A stretch of DNA of 64,000 nucleotides, taken from Promethearchaeota archaeon. GTDB taxonomy: Archaea > Asgardarchaeota > Lokiarchaeia > Sigyniarchaeales > SOKP01. Where the stretch lies: the NCBI GenBank assembly GCA_048938005.1, contig JBHLMQ010000010.1:32001-96000 (forward strand), given 5' to 3'. The translations under genes and the position numbers were made by a program. The notes below the pieces were generated by a model. It was given only the letters and a program-made list of their open reading frames with translations, had not been told where the DNA came from and made no database searches. Below, in pieces: positions 40,111 through 49,040 of this stretch (position 1 is its first letter; each line of letters begins with the position of its first letter).

Positions 40111-41697
40111 TTAAAGGTACTTAATTGTATTTAACATTACTTTAAGTTGATCATAAATTTCTAATCGATATTCAAGTCCTAATTTAAAGAACAATAGGGA
40201 CACCATTTTTTGCTCTAACAATTCATTTACATTGAATTCTTCCATGATTGTCGACCAGTCGCTCTTATCTGAAACTCGTATGCCAATTAACACGACTTTG
40301 TTCTCTTCAATATCATTGATGATCTTAACGACAACATCTTTCCACATTGATTCAATATGATCTTTATCTCTAGCATCAAAAATGCAAAATACTCCATCAG
40401 AGCCACTAACTTCAAAATTATGGTAAAGATAATTTTTTAATGTTGTACCATTTGAAAATTTATATAATTTTTCTTCTCTATCATCTTTAATCTTTTCGCA
40501 CTCATTTAAGTCATTAATCTCCGACAAGATTTGCAATCCAGGGCTCCAAAATTCATTTTCAGAAATGATTGTTAATGTTAATAAAGAATCCAAACTCTCT
40601 CCAATTACTTTTCTTTCTTTTAAAATAGAATTGAGTTCCTCCATTAAATCTTGTTTGACCCGCTCCTCTTCTTCCTCTTTACTCTTTGCTATGTAATGAT
40701 ATGCTATCAAAGTAAACGCGTCTTCAACGTTTTCACCGGTTAATGCGCTGGTCTCTAAAAAAGATATCTTTATATTTGGTTTATTGGATAATTCATTAAC
40801 TAATTGTACGCCATCATCATATTCTACAGTTCTTTGATCTTTTAAATCAGTCTTATTTCCAATTATAATAATGGGGATTTCTCTTCCTCCAATAAAATCT
40901 TCTAATTCTTTATACCATTCTTTAACACTTTCAAAAGATTTTCTATTGGTAAGATCAAAAACTATAAATGCTGCCTGTGTGCCTAAATAGTAGGTTTGGC
41001 GAAATCGTTTGAAGTACATTTGAGCACCCACGTCCCAGAGCGAATAGATAATATTATTTCCAAAGAATTCAATGGAATGCGATAAAATATTCAATCCAAT
41101 TGTCGCTCGATAATCATGTGAAAATTTATTTTCTACAAATCGTCTGACAAGACTCGTTTTTCCTACCTCGTGATCTCCAATTATAACAAATTTAAACCGG
41201 TACATTCCTCCTTGATCTAATCTCATTTGATAAATCTGATTTTTTACTCTTTCTATATAAGAAGTTTCATCTGTTTCATATTCGAAATTAGGAATTGTTA
41301 ACTGTATATTGTCACCTTCTTCCAAATTAAGAATTTGGACAGATTTTTCGGCAAGAAGATAGGCATATGGAGAGGCTTTGTCTACAGACGCTAAATTGTT
41401 TAATACAACACTAAGAGTTCTGTTTTCATCTAAAGAAATAAACAATAGTCTATAAAATTCTGTATCGAAACTTGCAGTACCAAATTTTTTAAACATAAAT
41501 TCATCACGAATTCTTTCGACAATCGGATGAATAATTGAGGTTAAAACGCTAACTATTTCCATATCCACATCACTCCTTTTTTCACCAGCGATAACTAAAC
41601 CTTGTTGATCGCTTACGATTACTGCTTCTACTTCTTTATTTATTTCCAAGAATTGATTGAATAATTCCGTAAAGAGTTGTTTTCTATTTATTGACAT
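40111..41697 (-). CDS. Roadblock/LC7 - Rab-like small GTPase - degenerate GTPase fusion (paralog)
   Basis: VEAVIVSDQQGLVI; GDHEVGKTS, YRATIG, WDVGAQ, NKTD, ETSALTG; DGVFCIFDAR. Confidence 0.88.
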   Translation of the reverse strand: MSINRKQLFTELFNQFLEINKEVEAVIVSDQQGLVIAGEKRSDVDMEIVSVLTSIIHPIVERIRDEFMFKKFGTASFDTEFYRLLFISLDENRTLSVVLNNLASVDKASPYAYLLAEKSVQILNLEEGDNIQLTIPNFEYETDETSYIERVKNQIYQMRLDQGGMYRFKFVIIGDHEVGKTSLVRRFVENKFSHDYRATIGLNILSHSIEFFGNNIIYSLWDVGAQMYFKRFRQTYYLGTQAAFIVFDLTNRKSFESVKEWYKELEDFIGGREIPIIIIGNKTDLKDQRTVEYDDGVQLVNELSNKPNIKISFLETSALTGENVEDAFTLIAYHYIAKSKEEEEERVKQDLMEELNSILKERKVIGESLDSLLTLTIISENEFWSPGLQILSEINDLNECEKIKDDREEKLYKFSNGTTLKNYLYHNFEVSGSDGVFCIFDARDKDHIESMWKDVVVKIINDIEENKVVLIGIRVSDKSDWSTIMEEFNVNELLEQKMVSLLFFKLGLEYRLEIYDQLKVMLNTIKYL

Positions 41698-41852
41698 GAG
41701 TTTTTCTACCCTTATTGAGTTTTAATAGCATTAAAAGTGTTCTTATCCTTATAATAAAATTAGTATTTTTAATATTTATTAATTCGATGTATTAAAAAAC
41801 ATATTCTTAAATTAGTTTAATCTCATTAATTTATTATATTACATGATGAGTA

Positions 41853-42470
41853 ATGGAAATTGTCAAAAAAACAAGATATAACATAATGCCCTCTTGTATA
41901 GTTTGCCATTTGAATATAGATAAAAGCACTGATTCAATTTATAAATGTGAAAATGGACATCCTGTTCATAAATATTGTCTAGCAGAATGGTTAATGCATT
42001 CACAAAACTGTCCATTATGCAATAACCCATATTCTCAAAGTTTAATTGATCAGTTTCAAGATTATATCGAGAAAAAGGAAAAAGAGAAACAATCAGCCTT
42101 AGAAAAGGAATTACAAAAAGAATCAATAAAGAAGATGGAGCAGGTCGCAGAAAAAATAGTTTTTCTCAAGCTTGTTGAATCTATTGAAGAATTGATTGAC
42201 AAAAAAAAATATAATGAAGCAATTGATAAGCTCTTAGCTGAATACAATGAGAGTGCTATAGATGACAAAAATTTAAATGTTCTCTTTTTACTTGGAAAAG
42301 CTAACTATCTAAAAGGGCGATATGATTTAACTATTAACTTTTTATTTAAATTGGTTAAAATAAGATATGATTACCCTGATGGATTTTTATATTTAGGGAA
42401 ATCATATGAAAAACTTGGACTTCATGATAAAGCCAAGTGGGCTTTTGAAAGGGTTTCAGAAAGCAAATAA
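41853..42470 (+). CDS. RING-H2 finger + coiled coil + TPR protein (putative E3 ubiquitin ligase)
   Basis: CIVC...C.NGHPVHKYCLAEW...CPLC; C-terminal TPR helices LLGKANYLKG, YLGKSYEKLG; start may be ATG 41886. Confidence 0.82.
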   Translation: MEIVKKTRYNIMPSCIVCHLNIDKSTDSIYKCENGHPVHKYCLAEWLMHSQNCPLCNNPYSQSLIDQFQDYIEKKEKEKQSALEKELQKESIKKMEQVAEKIVFLKLVESIEELIDKKKYNEAIDKLLAEYNESAIDDKNLNVLFLLGKANYLKGRYDLTINFLFKLVKIRYDYPDGFLYLGKSYEKLGLHDKAKWAFERVSESK

Positions 42471-42516
42471 TTTTATTGTCCTTTGACCTACAATTATTAT
42501 AATCTTAAGAAATATA

Positions 42517-43101
42517 ATGACGCAACTTTCACAAGAAAAACAAAATATCATCAATCAAATTAGGGAAGTATACAGTATAATATCTAAAGATAAAGATTTT
42601 ACCAGATTAATACCAGAAGTAAGAATGAATATTTCTGGTTCCCTCTCTAATGCAAAAAATAAAAGTGAAATCGCTGGAATTGAAGGTCGCATTACAATAA
42701 TCAATGGTTTCCCGAAGGCTTCAGGAGAAATAAAATTTGGAGTATCTGATCATACTGCTAGACTAATTCTTACCGCTAAAAAATTTGATAATTCAATTAA
42801 TTTTGTTATTAATTTAAAATATATACCCGAATTAATTGAATCAATTAAAAAAAATTCAAATCTAGAGTTACAGGAAATTATTAGAGAAGAACAACCAGAA
42901 TACGTAAAAAAAAAAGAGTATTCAACAATGCAATGGTTGATAAATGAGAGTATAAAAAAAAAGGGGAAAATACCCGATATAATCTGGGATAAAGGCGCAA
43001 TCGGGAAAGAACCAATGATGCGATTATTCGGTAAAAATTCTAATGATATAATAAGAAAACTCGAACAAATTATTAAATTGATTAAGAAGGAAAAAATCTA
43101 A
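42517..43101 (+). CDS. thiN: ThiN-type thiamine-phosphate synthase domain protein
   Basis: LIPEVRMNI, AGIEGRIT, FGVSDHTAR, PDIIWDKG..GKEPM. Confidence 0.85.
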   Translation: MTQLSQEKQNIINQIREVYSIISKDKDFTRLIPEVRMNISGSLSNAKNKSEIAGIEGRITIINGFPKASGEIKFGVSDHTARLILTAKKFDNSINFVINLKYIPELIESIKKNSNLELQEIIREEQPEYVKKKEYSTMQWLINESIKKKGKIPDIIWDKGAIGKEPMMRLFGKNSNDIIRKLEQIIKLIKKEKI

Positions 43102-43931
43102 ATTTCTCTTACACTAACCATATCAAGATTCACTTTTACTTTAGTCCCCTGTGAATGATCTGTTGGACCATGACCTTTGCCTATATGAAGATCATCTGCT
43201 CTTTGAATAGCATTTGTTAAATATGCTTTAGCGATATGTACTGCATTTTTTATATCATTTCCCTTAGCTAACTCAGCTGCGATAGCTGAGGCAAAGGTAC
43301 ATCCTGTTCCATGGGTATTATTTGTATAAATACGAGGAGAGCGGAATTCTATAAATTTTTTCCCATCATAAAGAATATCTATTGATTCATTAATATCTTG
43401 TAAATGTCCTCCTTTTACAACCACGTTTTTAGCACCCATCTCAAAGATTTTAATCGCGGATTGTTGAACCTCATTTATATTACTTATTTCAATCCCTGTT
43501 AAAACATAAGCTTCGTGAAGATTTGGTGTTATTATATGAGCTAGCGGGACGAGTTTTGAGATAAGAGTAGAGTTTGCCTTAGCCTTTAGTAATGGATCAC
43601 CACTTTTTGCAACCATTACAGGATCAACTATTAGAAGTTCAACATTATAATAAGATGCTCGATCAGCTACTACTTGTATAATCTCTGAATTTGAAAGCAT
43701 TCCTGTTTTCCAGGCATCGGCACCTATATCGGTCATTACTGAATCGATTTGTTTTGCTACAAATTCTGGATTGATTTCAAAAATACCTTGAACCCCTACG
43801 GTATTCTGAGCTGTCAATGCTGTAATTGCACTCATTCCAAAAACTCCGCGCGCAGAAAAGGTTTTCAAATCCGCCTGAATCCCCGCACCCCCACCTGAAT
43901 CTGAACCTGCTATTGTTAAAACTTTTTTCAT
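43098..43931 (-). CDS. thiD: HMP/HMP-P kinase
   Basis: LTIAGSDSGGGAGIQADLKT, KTGML, DPVMVA, TPNLHEA, THGTGCT. Confidence 0.95.
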   Translation of the reverse strand: MKKVLTIAGSDSGGGAGIQADLKTFSARGVFGMSAITALTAQNTVGVQGIFEINPEFVAKQIDSVMTDIGADAWKTGMLSNSEIIQVVADRASYYNVELLIVDPVMVAKSGDPLLKAKANSTLISKLVPLAHIITPNLHEAYVLTGIEISNINEVQQSAIKIFEMGAKNVVVKGGHLQDINESIDILYDGKKFIEFRSPRIYTNNTHGTGCTFASAIAAELAKGNDIKNAVHIAKAYLTNAIQRADDLHIGKGHGPTDHSQGTKVKVNLDMVSVREI

Positions 43932-44028
43932 GATTATTACTATTAAAAAATTGAATTTTTAAATTAAAATAGATAAAATTAATATTATTAATCTAACATA
44001 TTGTTTTTTTTTTTCCTTTCTACTACCA

Positions 44029-44223
44029 ATGAATATCAAAATTAAAGAATTCTTTATAATGGAATGGTTACTCAAAGAAGCTTTAGAAAAAAAGAGTAAA
44101 ATTCCAGATATAATTTGGGATAAAGTAACTATGGGTAAAGAACCCATGGTCAGATTATTTAGGAGAAATTCAAAAGAGATTATAGAGAAACTTAAGAAGA
44201 TTCATGTTTTAATCTACATATAA
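44029..44223 (+). pseudogene. Fragment duplicating the C-terminus of ThiN
   Basis: MEWLLKEALEKKSKIPDIIWDKVTMGKEPMVRLF vs ThiN MQWLINESIKKKGKIPDIIWDKGAIGKEPMMRLF. Confidence 0.8.
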
Positions 44224-44299
44224 TTTCTTATTATTAAAACACTACTATTTACATCTTTTTTACTATATATAAGTTGGTTAATTTTTTAGCCAATTGAGA

Positions 44300-44320
44300 T
44301 AGTTTAAATTCTCTACTTGG
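44300..44320 (+). repeat. 21-bp direct repeat, copy 1 (TAGTTTAAATTCTCTACTTGG)
   Basis: Identical copy at 45799-45819. Confidence 0.8.
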
Positions 44321-44367
44321 AAATGTGAATGAGTTTTGATATGAAACATATTTGTATGTTATTGAGG

Positions 44368-44400
44368 TGTACAAACTTTTGAACGGATTGTACGAAAAAT
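44368..44400 (+). promoter_or_regulatory. Putative operator copy 1 (TGTAC-N7-TGAAC-N4-TGTWC)
   Basis: TGTACAAACTTTTGAACGGATTGTACGAAAAAT; homologous elements at 46628 and 48935. Confidence 0.7.
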
Positions 44401-44489
44401 AGTTTTAAGAAATAGAAAATAAAACTGTTATTTAACAATTTTTTAATAAAAAAAAGCAGTTTTGCAAAATTAAAAAAGGTTAAAAAAAA

Positions 44490-45686
44490 ATGAAACGAGA
44501 AAAAAATAACAAAAAGAACAAGCAAAAACTATATGGCGTCATAGCTGGCACTCTTTTAATCGTGTTAACAATTATTATACCAGGAGTTGTAGCCGACACA
44601 CCATCACTTCCAACTCGCGGTAATCCCGGGATGGCATACGACAGCGAATCAGATGTAATTGTCATATTTGGAGGATGGAACACGTCGACAACTCCCGGGG
44701 ATGGCCCCCGTGACACATGGATATATGATTTCAACGCGGATACATACACTAAAAAAACACCTGCACCTGCACCGCGCCGAAGAGCAGAATCTTGTATGGT
44801 CTATGATTCACTAAGGGATCGAATAGTTCTTTTTGGGGGTTTAGAAAATTGGACTGTCTCAGGGGAGCGTAATGATACCTGGATTTATGATTACAATTCA
44901 GATACTTGGACTGAACTTTTTCCAGTTAGTGCTCCCTCAGAAAGAAGAGCCGCTCAGATGGCATATGATTCAGAGAGTGATAGAATAATCCTATTTGGAG
45001 GAATGGATGGGTTCCCTTATCCATCGGCAACGTTTTATAATGAAACTTGGGCATATAATCCAGGGAGCAACACATGGCAAAAAATGAGCCCTGTTTTATC
45101 TCCCCGGGCTCGAACTAACCATTTCATGTCTTATGACAGCGAGAGTGACCGGATAATCCTTTTCGGAGGATGTCCAGGTTTAGCATATGGCTCCCTTTAT
45201 GAGACTTGGGCTTATGATTATAACAGTGATATTTGGGTAAACCTAACTAGTAATATTCATCCATCAAAACGATCAGAACATAAAATGGCGTACGACAGTG
45301 AATCAGATAGGATTGTGCTTTTTGGAGGTGGTACAGAGACCGTAACATACGGTGACACCTGGTTATACAATTACAACAATAATTCTTGGGAACAGATGAA
45401 TCCCGCTACTAGTCCAACACCAAGAGTTCGTCACGCAGCAGCATATGACTCGGAGTCAGATAGAGTTATAATCTATGGTGGGACTTATGATCCATGGCCT
45501 GCTGGTACTTCTATGGTTTCAACAGATAAGACGTGGGCATACGACGTAAATACTGACAGTTGGACTGAGGTTGACGTAGGTGACACGGGAGGAGACAATG
45601 GAATTCCAGGATATAACATATTGTTTTTAATTGGCACTCTATCTATTATAGTGATAATGATAACTAAAAAAAATAAGAAATCATAA
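44490..45686 (+). CDS. Secreted kelch-repeat beta-propeller with Loki-CTERM anchor
   Basis: Six MAYDSESDRIILFGG...TW.YDY repeats; signal peptide; C-terminal IPGYNILFLIG..KKNKKS. Confidence 0.9.
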   Translation: MKREKNNKKNKQKLYGVIAGTLLIVLTIIIPGVVADTPSLPTRGNPGMAYDSESDVIVIFGGWNTSTTPGDGPRDTWIYDFNADTYTKKTPAPAPRRRAESCMVYDSLRDRIVLFGGLENWTVSGERNDTWIYDYNSDTWTELFPVSAPSERRAAQMAYDSESDRIILFGGMDGFPYPSATFYNETWAYNPGSNTWQKMSPVLSPRARTNHFMSYDSESDRIILFGGCPGLAYGSLYETWAYDYNSDIWVNLTSNIHPSKRSEHKMAYDSESDRIVLFGGGTETVTYGDTWLYNYNNNSWEQMNPATSPTPRVRHAAAYDSESDRVIIYGGTYDPWPAGTSMVSTDKTWAYDVNTDSWTEVDVGDTGGDNGIPGYNILFLIGTLSIIVIMITKKNKKS

Positions 45687-45798
45687 ACAATTAATTAAAT
45701 AGATTTGAGTTATTTCTCAAATAACTACATCTAAACCAATTTATTATCTTTTTTTTCTATTTTTAAGATTTTTATAAAAAAGATATTTCTAAAAGAAT

Positions 45799-45819
45799 TA
45801 GTTTAAATTCTCTACTTGG
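45799..45819 (+). repeat. 21-bp direct repeat, copy 2
   Basis: Identical to 44300-44320. Confidence 0.8.
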
Positions 45820-45989
45820 TAGTATCGAAAAGTTCAAAAATGAAACCCATTAATAACCTTTATTATACTTAAAAACTTAATAAAACTTTAAAAAACAGAG
45901 AAGCACCAAAAGGATGAAATATCACCATCTTATTACAATCTGCTAAATAGCATTATTCACTGTTAACATTAAGTAGAATATGAATTATC

Positions 45990-46562
45990 ATGATACCAGA
46001 TAAAATAGACAATAAGAAAGAAGGAGAGACAGAGACACAATCAAAACCTTCATATCGAAGTAAAACAATTCATGTAAAATCAAAACTTGATATAAAAGTA
46101 AAGTCTCTTAGGTATAATCAGGAAAAAGTATTACACGGCAAAACCCTTCAAATTTATTGGTATATTCTCACTCACCATAATGCAGGAATAAGAAAAATCC
46201 AGAAATCATTGAAGATTTCGTCTCCTGGAACCGTGTCTTATCAAATAAATAAATTATTGAAAGCAGGAATAATAGCAAAAAACGAGAAAAATGGAAAATA
46301 TTATGTAAATAAAGAATTAAAAAAGGGAGTATTAGGATTTTATACCCGCATCGGATTTTTGATGATACCCCGATTTTCACTATACTTAATAGTCAATATT
46401 CTGGGTTTTATAGGATATATTTTTTTTGCAAGTGTTTATGGCGATGCTTTTATTACCAATCCTGGCAGTTTACTTCTATTATTTTTTTTGATTTTTGGGA
46501 CTACAGTATTTATTTTTGAGTCTATTAAAATCTGGAAAAGAAGACCGACGAAATTAAAATAA
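45990..46562 (+). CDS. Membrane-tethered winged-HTH transcription regulator (2 C-terminal TMs)
   Basis: GKTLQIYWYIL..GIRKIQKSL.ISSPGTVSYQINKLLKAGII.K..GKYY, then IPRF and two hydrophobic helices. Confidence 0.85.
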   Translation: MIPDKIDNKKEGETETQSKPSYRSKTIHVKSKLDIKVKSLRYNQEKVLHGKTLQIYWYILTHHNAGIRKIQKSLKISSPGTVSYQINKLLKAGIIAKNEKNGKYYVNKELKKGVLGFYTRIGFLMIPRFSLYLIVNILGFIGYIFFASVYGDAFITNPGSLLLLFFLIFGTTVFIFESIKIWKRRPTKLK

Positions 46563-46627
46563 GAATTAATTATGACAATTAAAATTGTGAATTTTTAAAA
46601 TAGAACATAATGCTATAAAAATGACAT

Positions 46628-46660
46628 TGTACGAATATTTGAACAGAGTGTACGAAAAAT
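46628..46660 (+). promoter_or_regulatory. Putative operator copy 2
   Basis: TGTACGAATATTTGAACAGAGTGTACGAAAAAT. Confidence 0.7.
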
Positions 46661-46729
46661 AGTATTTTAAGAGATAAAAATAATGAATTATCTAACAATT
46701 TTCTAACCTACATTTTTGGTGAAATCAAA

Positions 46730-48850
46730 ATAAAATCACATCTAAAAATAAAAACAAAAATTTTGATAACTTCTGGTATAATTTTCGCGATCTCAATTAA
46801 TATACACAACAGCTTTATGTTTAATACTGACTTTAGCGAAATAAGTACAGAATCTAGCGATTATATTAGTTTAATTGAAAAAAATTTGAAAATCTCAAAG
46901 ATATCAGGAATAATTCATATTAAAAATAATTGGTCTGATGCGAAGAATGCGGGATTAGTTACAGGCTCTGGTAATTATTCAGATCCTTATGTCATTGAGG
47001 ATTTGGTGATCGATGGTAATTTTTCAGGCTTTTGCATTTGGATTGAAAATTCAAGTTATTTTCTAAGGATTGAGAATTGCACTATATATAATTCTGCTTC
47101 TATTTCTGACAATTATTGGAAATGGAGGGAGGGAATCGAAAGTTGGTGGTTAGGGGGAGGAGGAATCGTATTATCTAATGTTAGCAATTCTTTAGTAATT
47201 AATAATAATGTTTTAAATAATTACAGAGGGATTCTTTTAGAATCTAGTAATAATAATACGCTTTCAGGTAATTTGGTAAATAATAACGATAATTTTGGAA
47301 TAGATTTAATAGATAGTTATAATAATACCCTTTCAGGAAATATCATGGATAAGCACGGTTTATTAATTTCTGGTCCAGTTGTACCAATGACTTCAGAACA
47401 ATGGAATTCACCTAAGATAGATACTACTAATCTAGTAAATGGAAAACCAATATATTATTATACTAATGAAATAAATTTAGAGGCAAACAATTTTTCGAAT
47501 GCTGGACAGGTTTTTTTAATTAATTGTAGTAAATCAAATATATCGAACTTGAACATATCTTCCAACTCAATGACAATTACATTAGGTTTTTCTAATAATA
47601 ACACTATCTCAGGAAATGTGTTAAATAACAATACTATTGGGATAATTTTATTCGAAAGTGATAATAACAACATTTCAGGAAACATTGTAAATTACAATCT
47701 TATAGGGATACATTTAATTCAAAGTGACAATAACACCATTACAGCCAATTCTGTAGATAATAATATATTGCATGGTATTGGTCTAGAAATGAGTAGTAAT
47801 AGCTCAATTTCTAGAAATAACGTAAGATATAATCGGGGTCTTGGAATAGCATTATTCTTAATTAATGATAATAATATTATTTCCAGAAATAATGTGAGCT
47901 ATAATTCCGATAGTGGGATTCATGTCTTCGATAGTGATAATAACATTATTTCAAGTAACAATATAAGCTCTAATCAGGGAAATGGGATTCAGGTTATTTT
48001 TAATTGTAATAATAACAATATTTCGGGGAATACTGCGAATAATAATTTAGTTGGAATATACTTTTTTGATAGTTATCTCAACTACATTTCGGGAAACACG
48101 GCCGACAATAACCTGGAGGGAATTAGATTAGAACTTAGTAATAATAACTCAATTTTTAATAATGCCGTAAGATCTAATGATTTTTCCGGGATAAACTTAG
48201 AAAATTGTATATATAATAATATCTCAGAAAATATGGTAAAATATAGTGGTATTGCGGGGATTAACATAAATAATAGTGATAATAACAGTATTTCGAAGAA
48301 TACGGCAAATAATAACGTGAAGTTCGGTATTGGCTTAAATATGAGTAATCATAACTTAATTTTTGAAAATATTGCTAATGATAATGAGATTGGGATTTAC
48401 TTAGAACGTTCCTGTTATAACAATGTATTTGGAAACACCTTTATTAATAACACAGTTATAGATTACTATAATGATCCTGGTACTAGCTGTGACTTAATCC
48501 CAGAGGCATTTTTTACTGCAAATACAACTATGATTACTTTGTCCAATAATGCTGTTCAATTCCAGTTTAGAGGCTATGCAGGAGATGAACCTACAATTTT
48601 TAAATGGAATTTCGGAGATGATTCAGCAAATTCTTCAGCGAGAAATCCAGTTCATCATTATACATTACCCGGAGTTTACACCGTGATCTTAACCGTTATA
48701 GATATGGATGGAGATTCAGATGTTTTGGTAAGAAGTGACTACATTAGAGTTCAACAAGAATCTGTAATTCCGGGATATAATCTCTTCTTTTTACTTGGCT
48801 TATTATCTTTTGCAACAATCATTATGAGTAAGAATAAAGGAAAAAAGTGA
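46730..48850 (+). CDS. NosD/CASH parallel beta-helix + PKD surface protein with Loki-CTERM
   Basis: GSGNYSDPYVIEDL, many GI.L..S.NN.IS.N repeats, WNFGD..NPVHHY..PGVYTV, IPGYNLFFLLG; frame extends to ATA 46730 (track start 46763). Confidence 0.9.
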   Translation: MKSHLKIKTKILITSGIIFAISINIHNSFMFNTDFSEISTESSDYISLIEKNLKISKISGIIHIKNNWSDAKNAGLVTGSGNYSDPYVIEDLVIDGNFSGFCIWIENSSYFLRIENCTIYNSASISDNYWKWREGIESWWLGGGGIVLSNVSNSLVINNNVLNNYRGILLESSNNNTLSGNLVNNNDNFGIDLIDSYNNTLSGNIMDKHGLLISGPVVPMTSEQWNSPKIDTTNLVNGKPIYYYTNEINLEANNFSNAGQVFLINCSKSNISNLNISSNSMTITLGFSNNNTISGNVLNNNTIGIILFESDNNNISGNIVNYNLIGIHLIQSDNNTITANSVDNNILHGIGLEMSSNSSISRNNVRYNRGLGIALFLINDNNIISRNNVSYNSDSGIHVFDSDNNIISSNNISSNQGNGIQVIFNCNNNNISGNTANNNLVGIYFFDSYLNYISGNTADNNLEGIRLELSNNNSIFNNAVRSNDFSGINLENCIYNNISENMVKYSGIAGININNSDNNSISKNTANNNVKFGIGLNMSNHNLIFENIANDNEIGIYLERSCYNNVFGNTFINNTVIDYYNDPGTSCDLIPEAFFTANTTMITLSNNAVQFQFRGYAGDEPTIFKWNFGDDSANSSARNPVHHYTLPGVYTVILTVIDMDGDSDVLVRSDYIRVQQESVIPGYNLFFLLGLLSFATIIMSKNKGKK

Positions 48851-48934
48851 AAAATGTATTATGCTATTGTGGGTGAAAATCAAACGAGAATTATGAATTT
48901 TTTAAAAACTGATAATTTAATGAAATAATGGCGG

Positions 48935-48967
48935 TGTATAACAATTTGAACAGGGTGTTCAAAACAT
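48935..48967 (+). promoter_or_regulatory. Putative operator copy 3, containing the palindrome TTTGAAC-N5-GTTCAAA
   Basis: TGTATAACAATTTGAACAGGGTGTTCAAAACAT. Confidence 0.65.
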
Positions 48968-49040
48968 AATTATATAAAATGGCAAAAGAATCAACTAATT
49001 AACAATTAAAAGCAATTTACAAAAAAAAATTAAAAAAAAA

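Noticed and set aside
47200-48450. AAT-rich quasi-repeats
   Set aside because: Explained by Asn-ladder beta-helix coding
44300-48967. Repeats considered as a CRISPR array or IS ends
   Set aside because: Only 2-3 copies, kilobases apart; no spacer periodicity, cas gene or transposase
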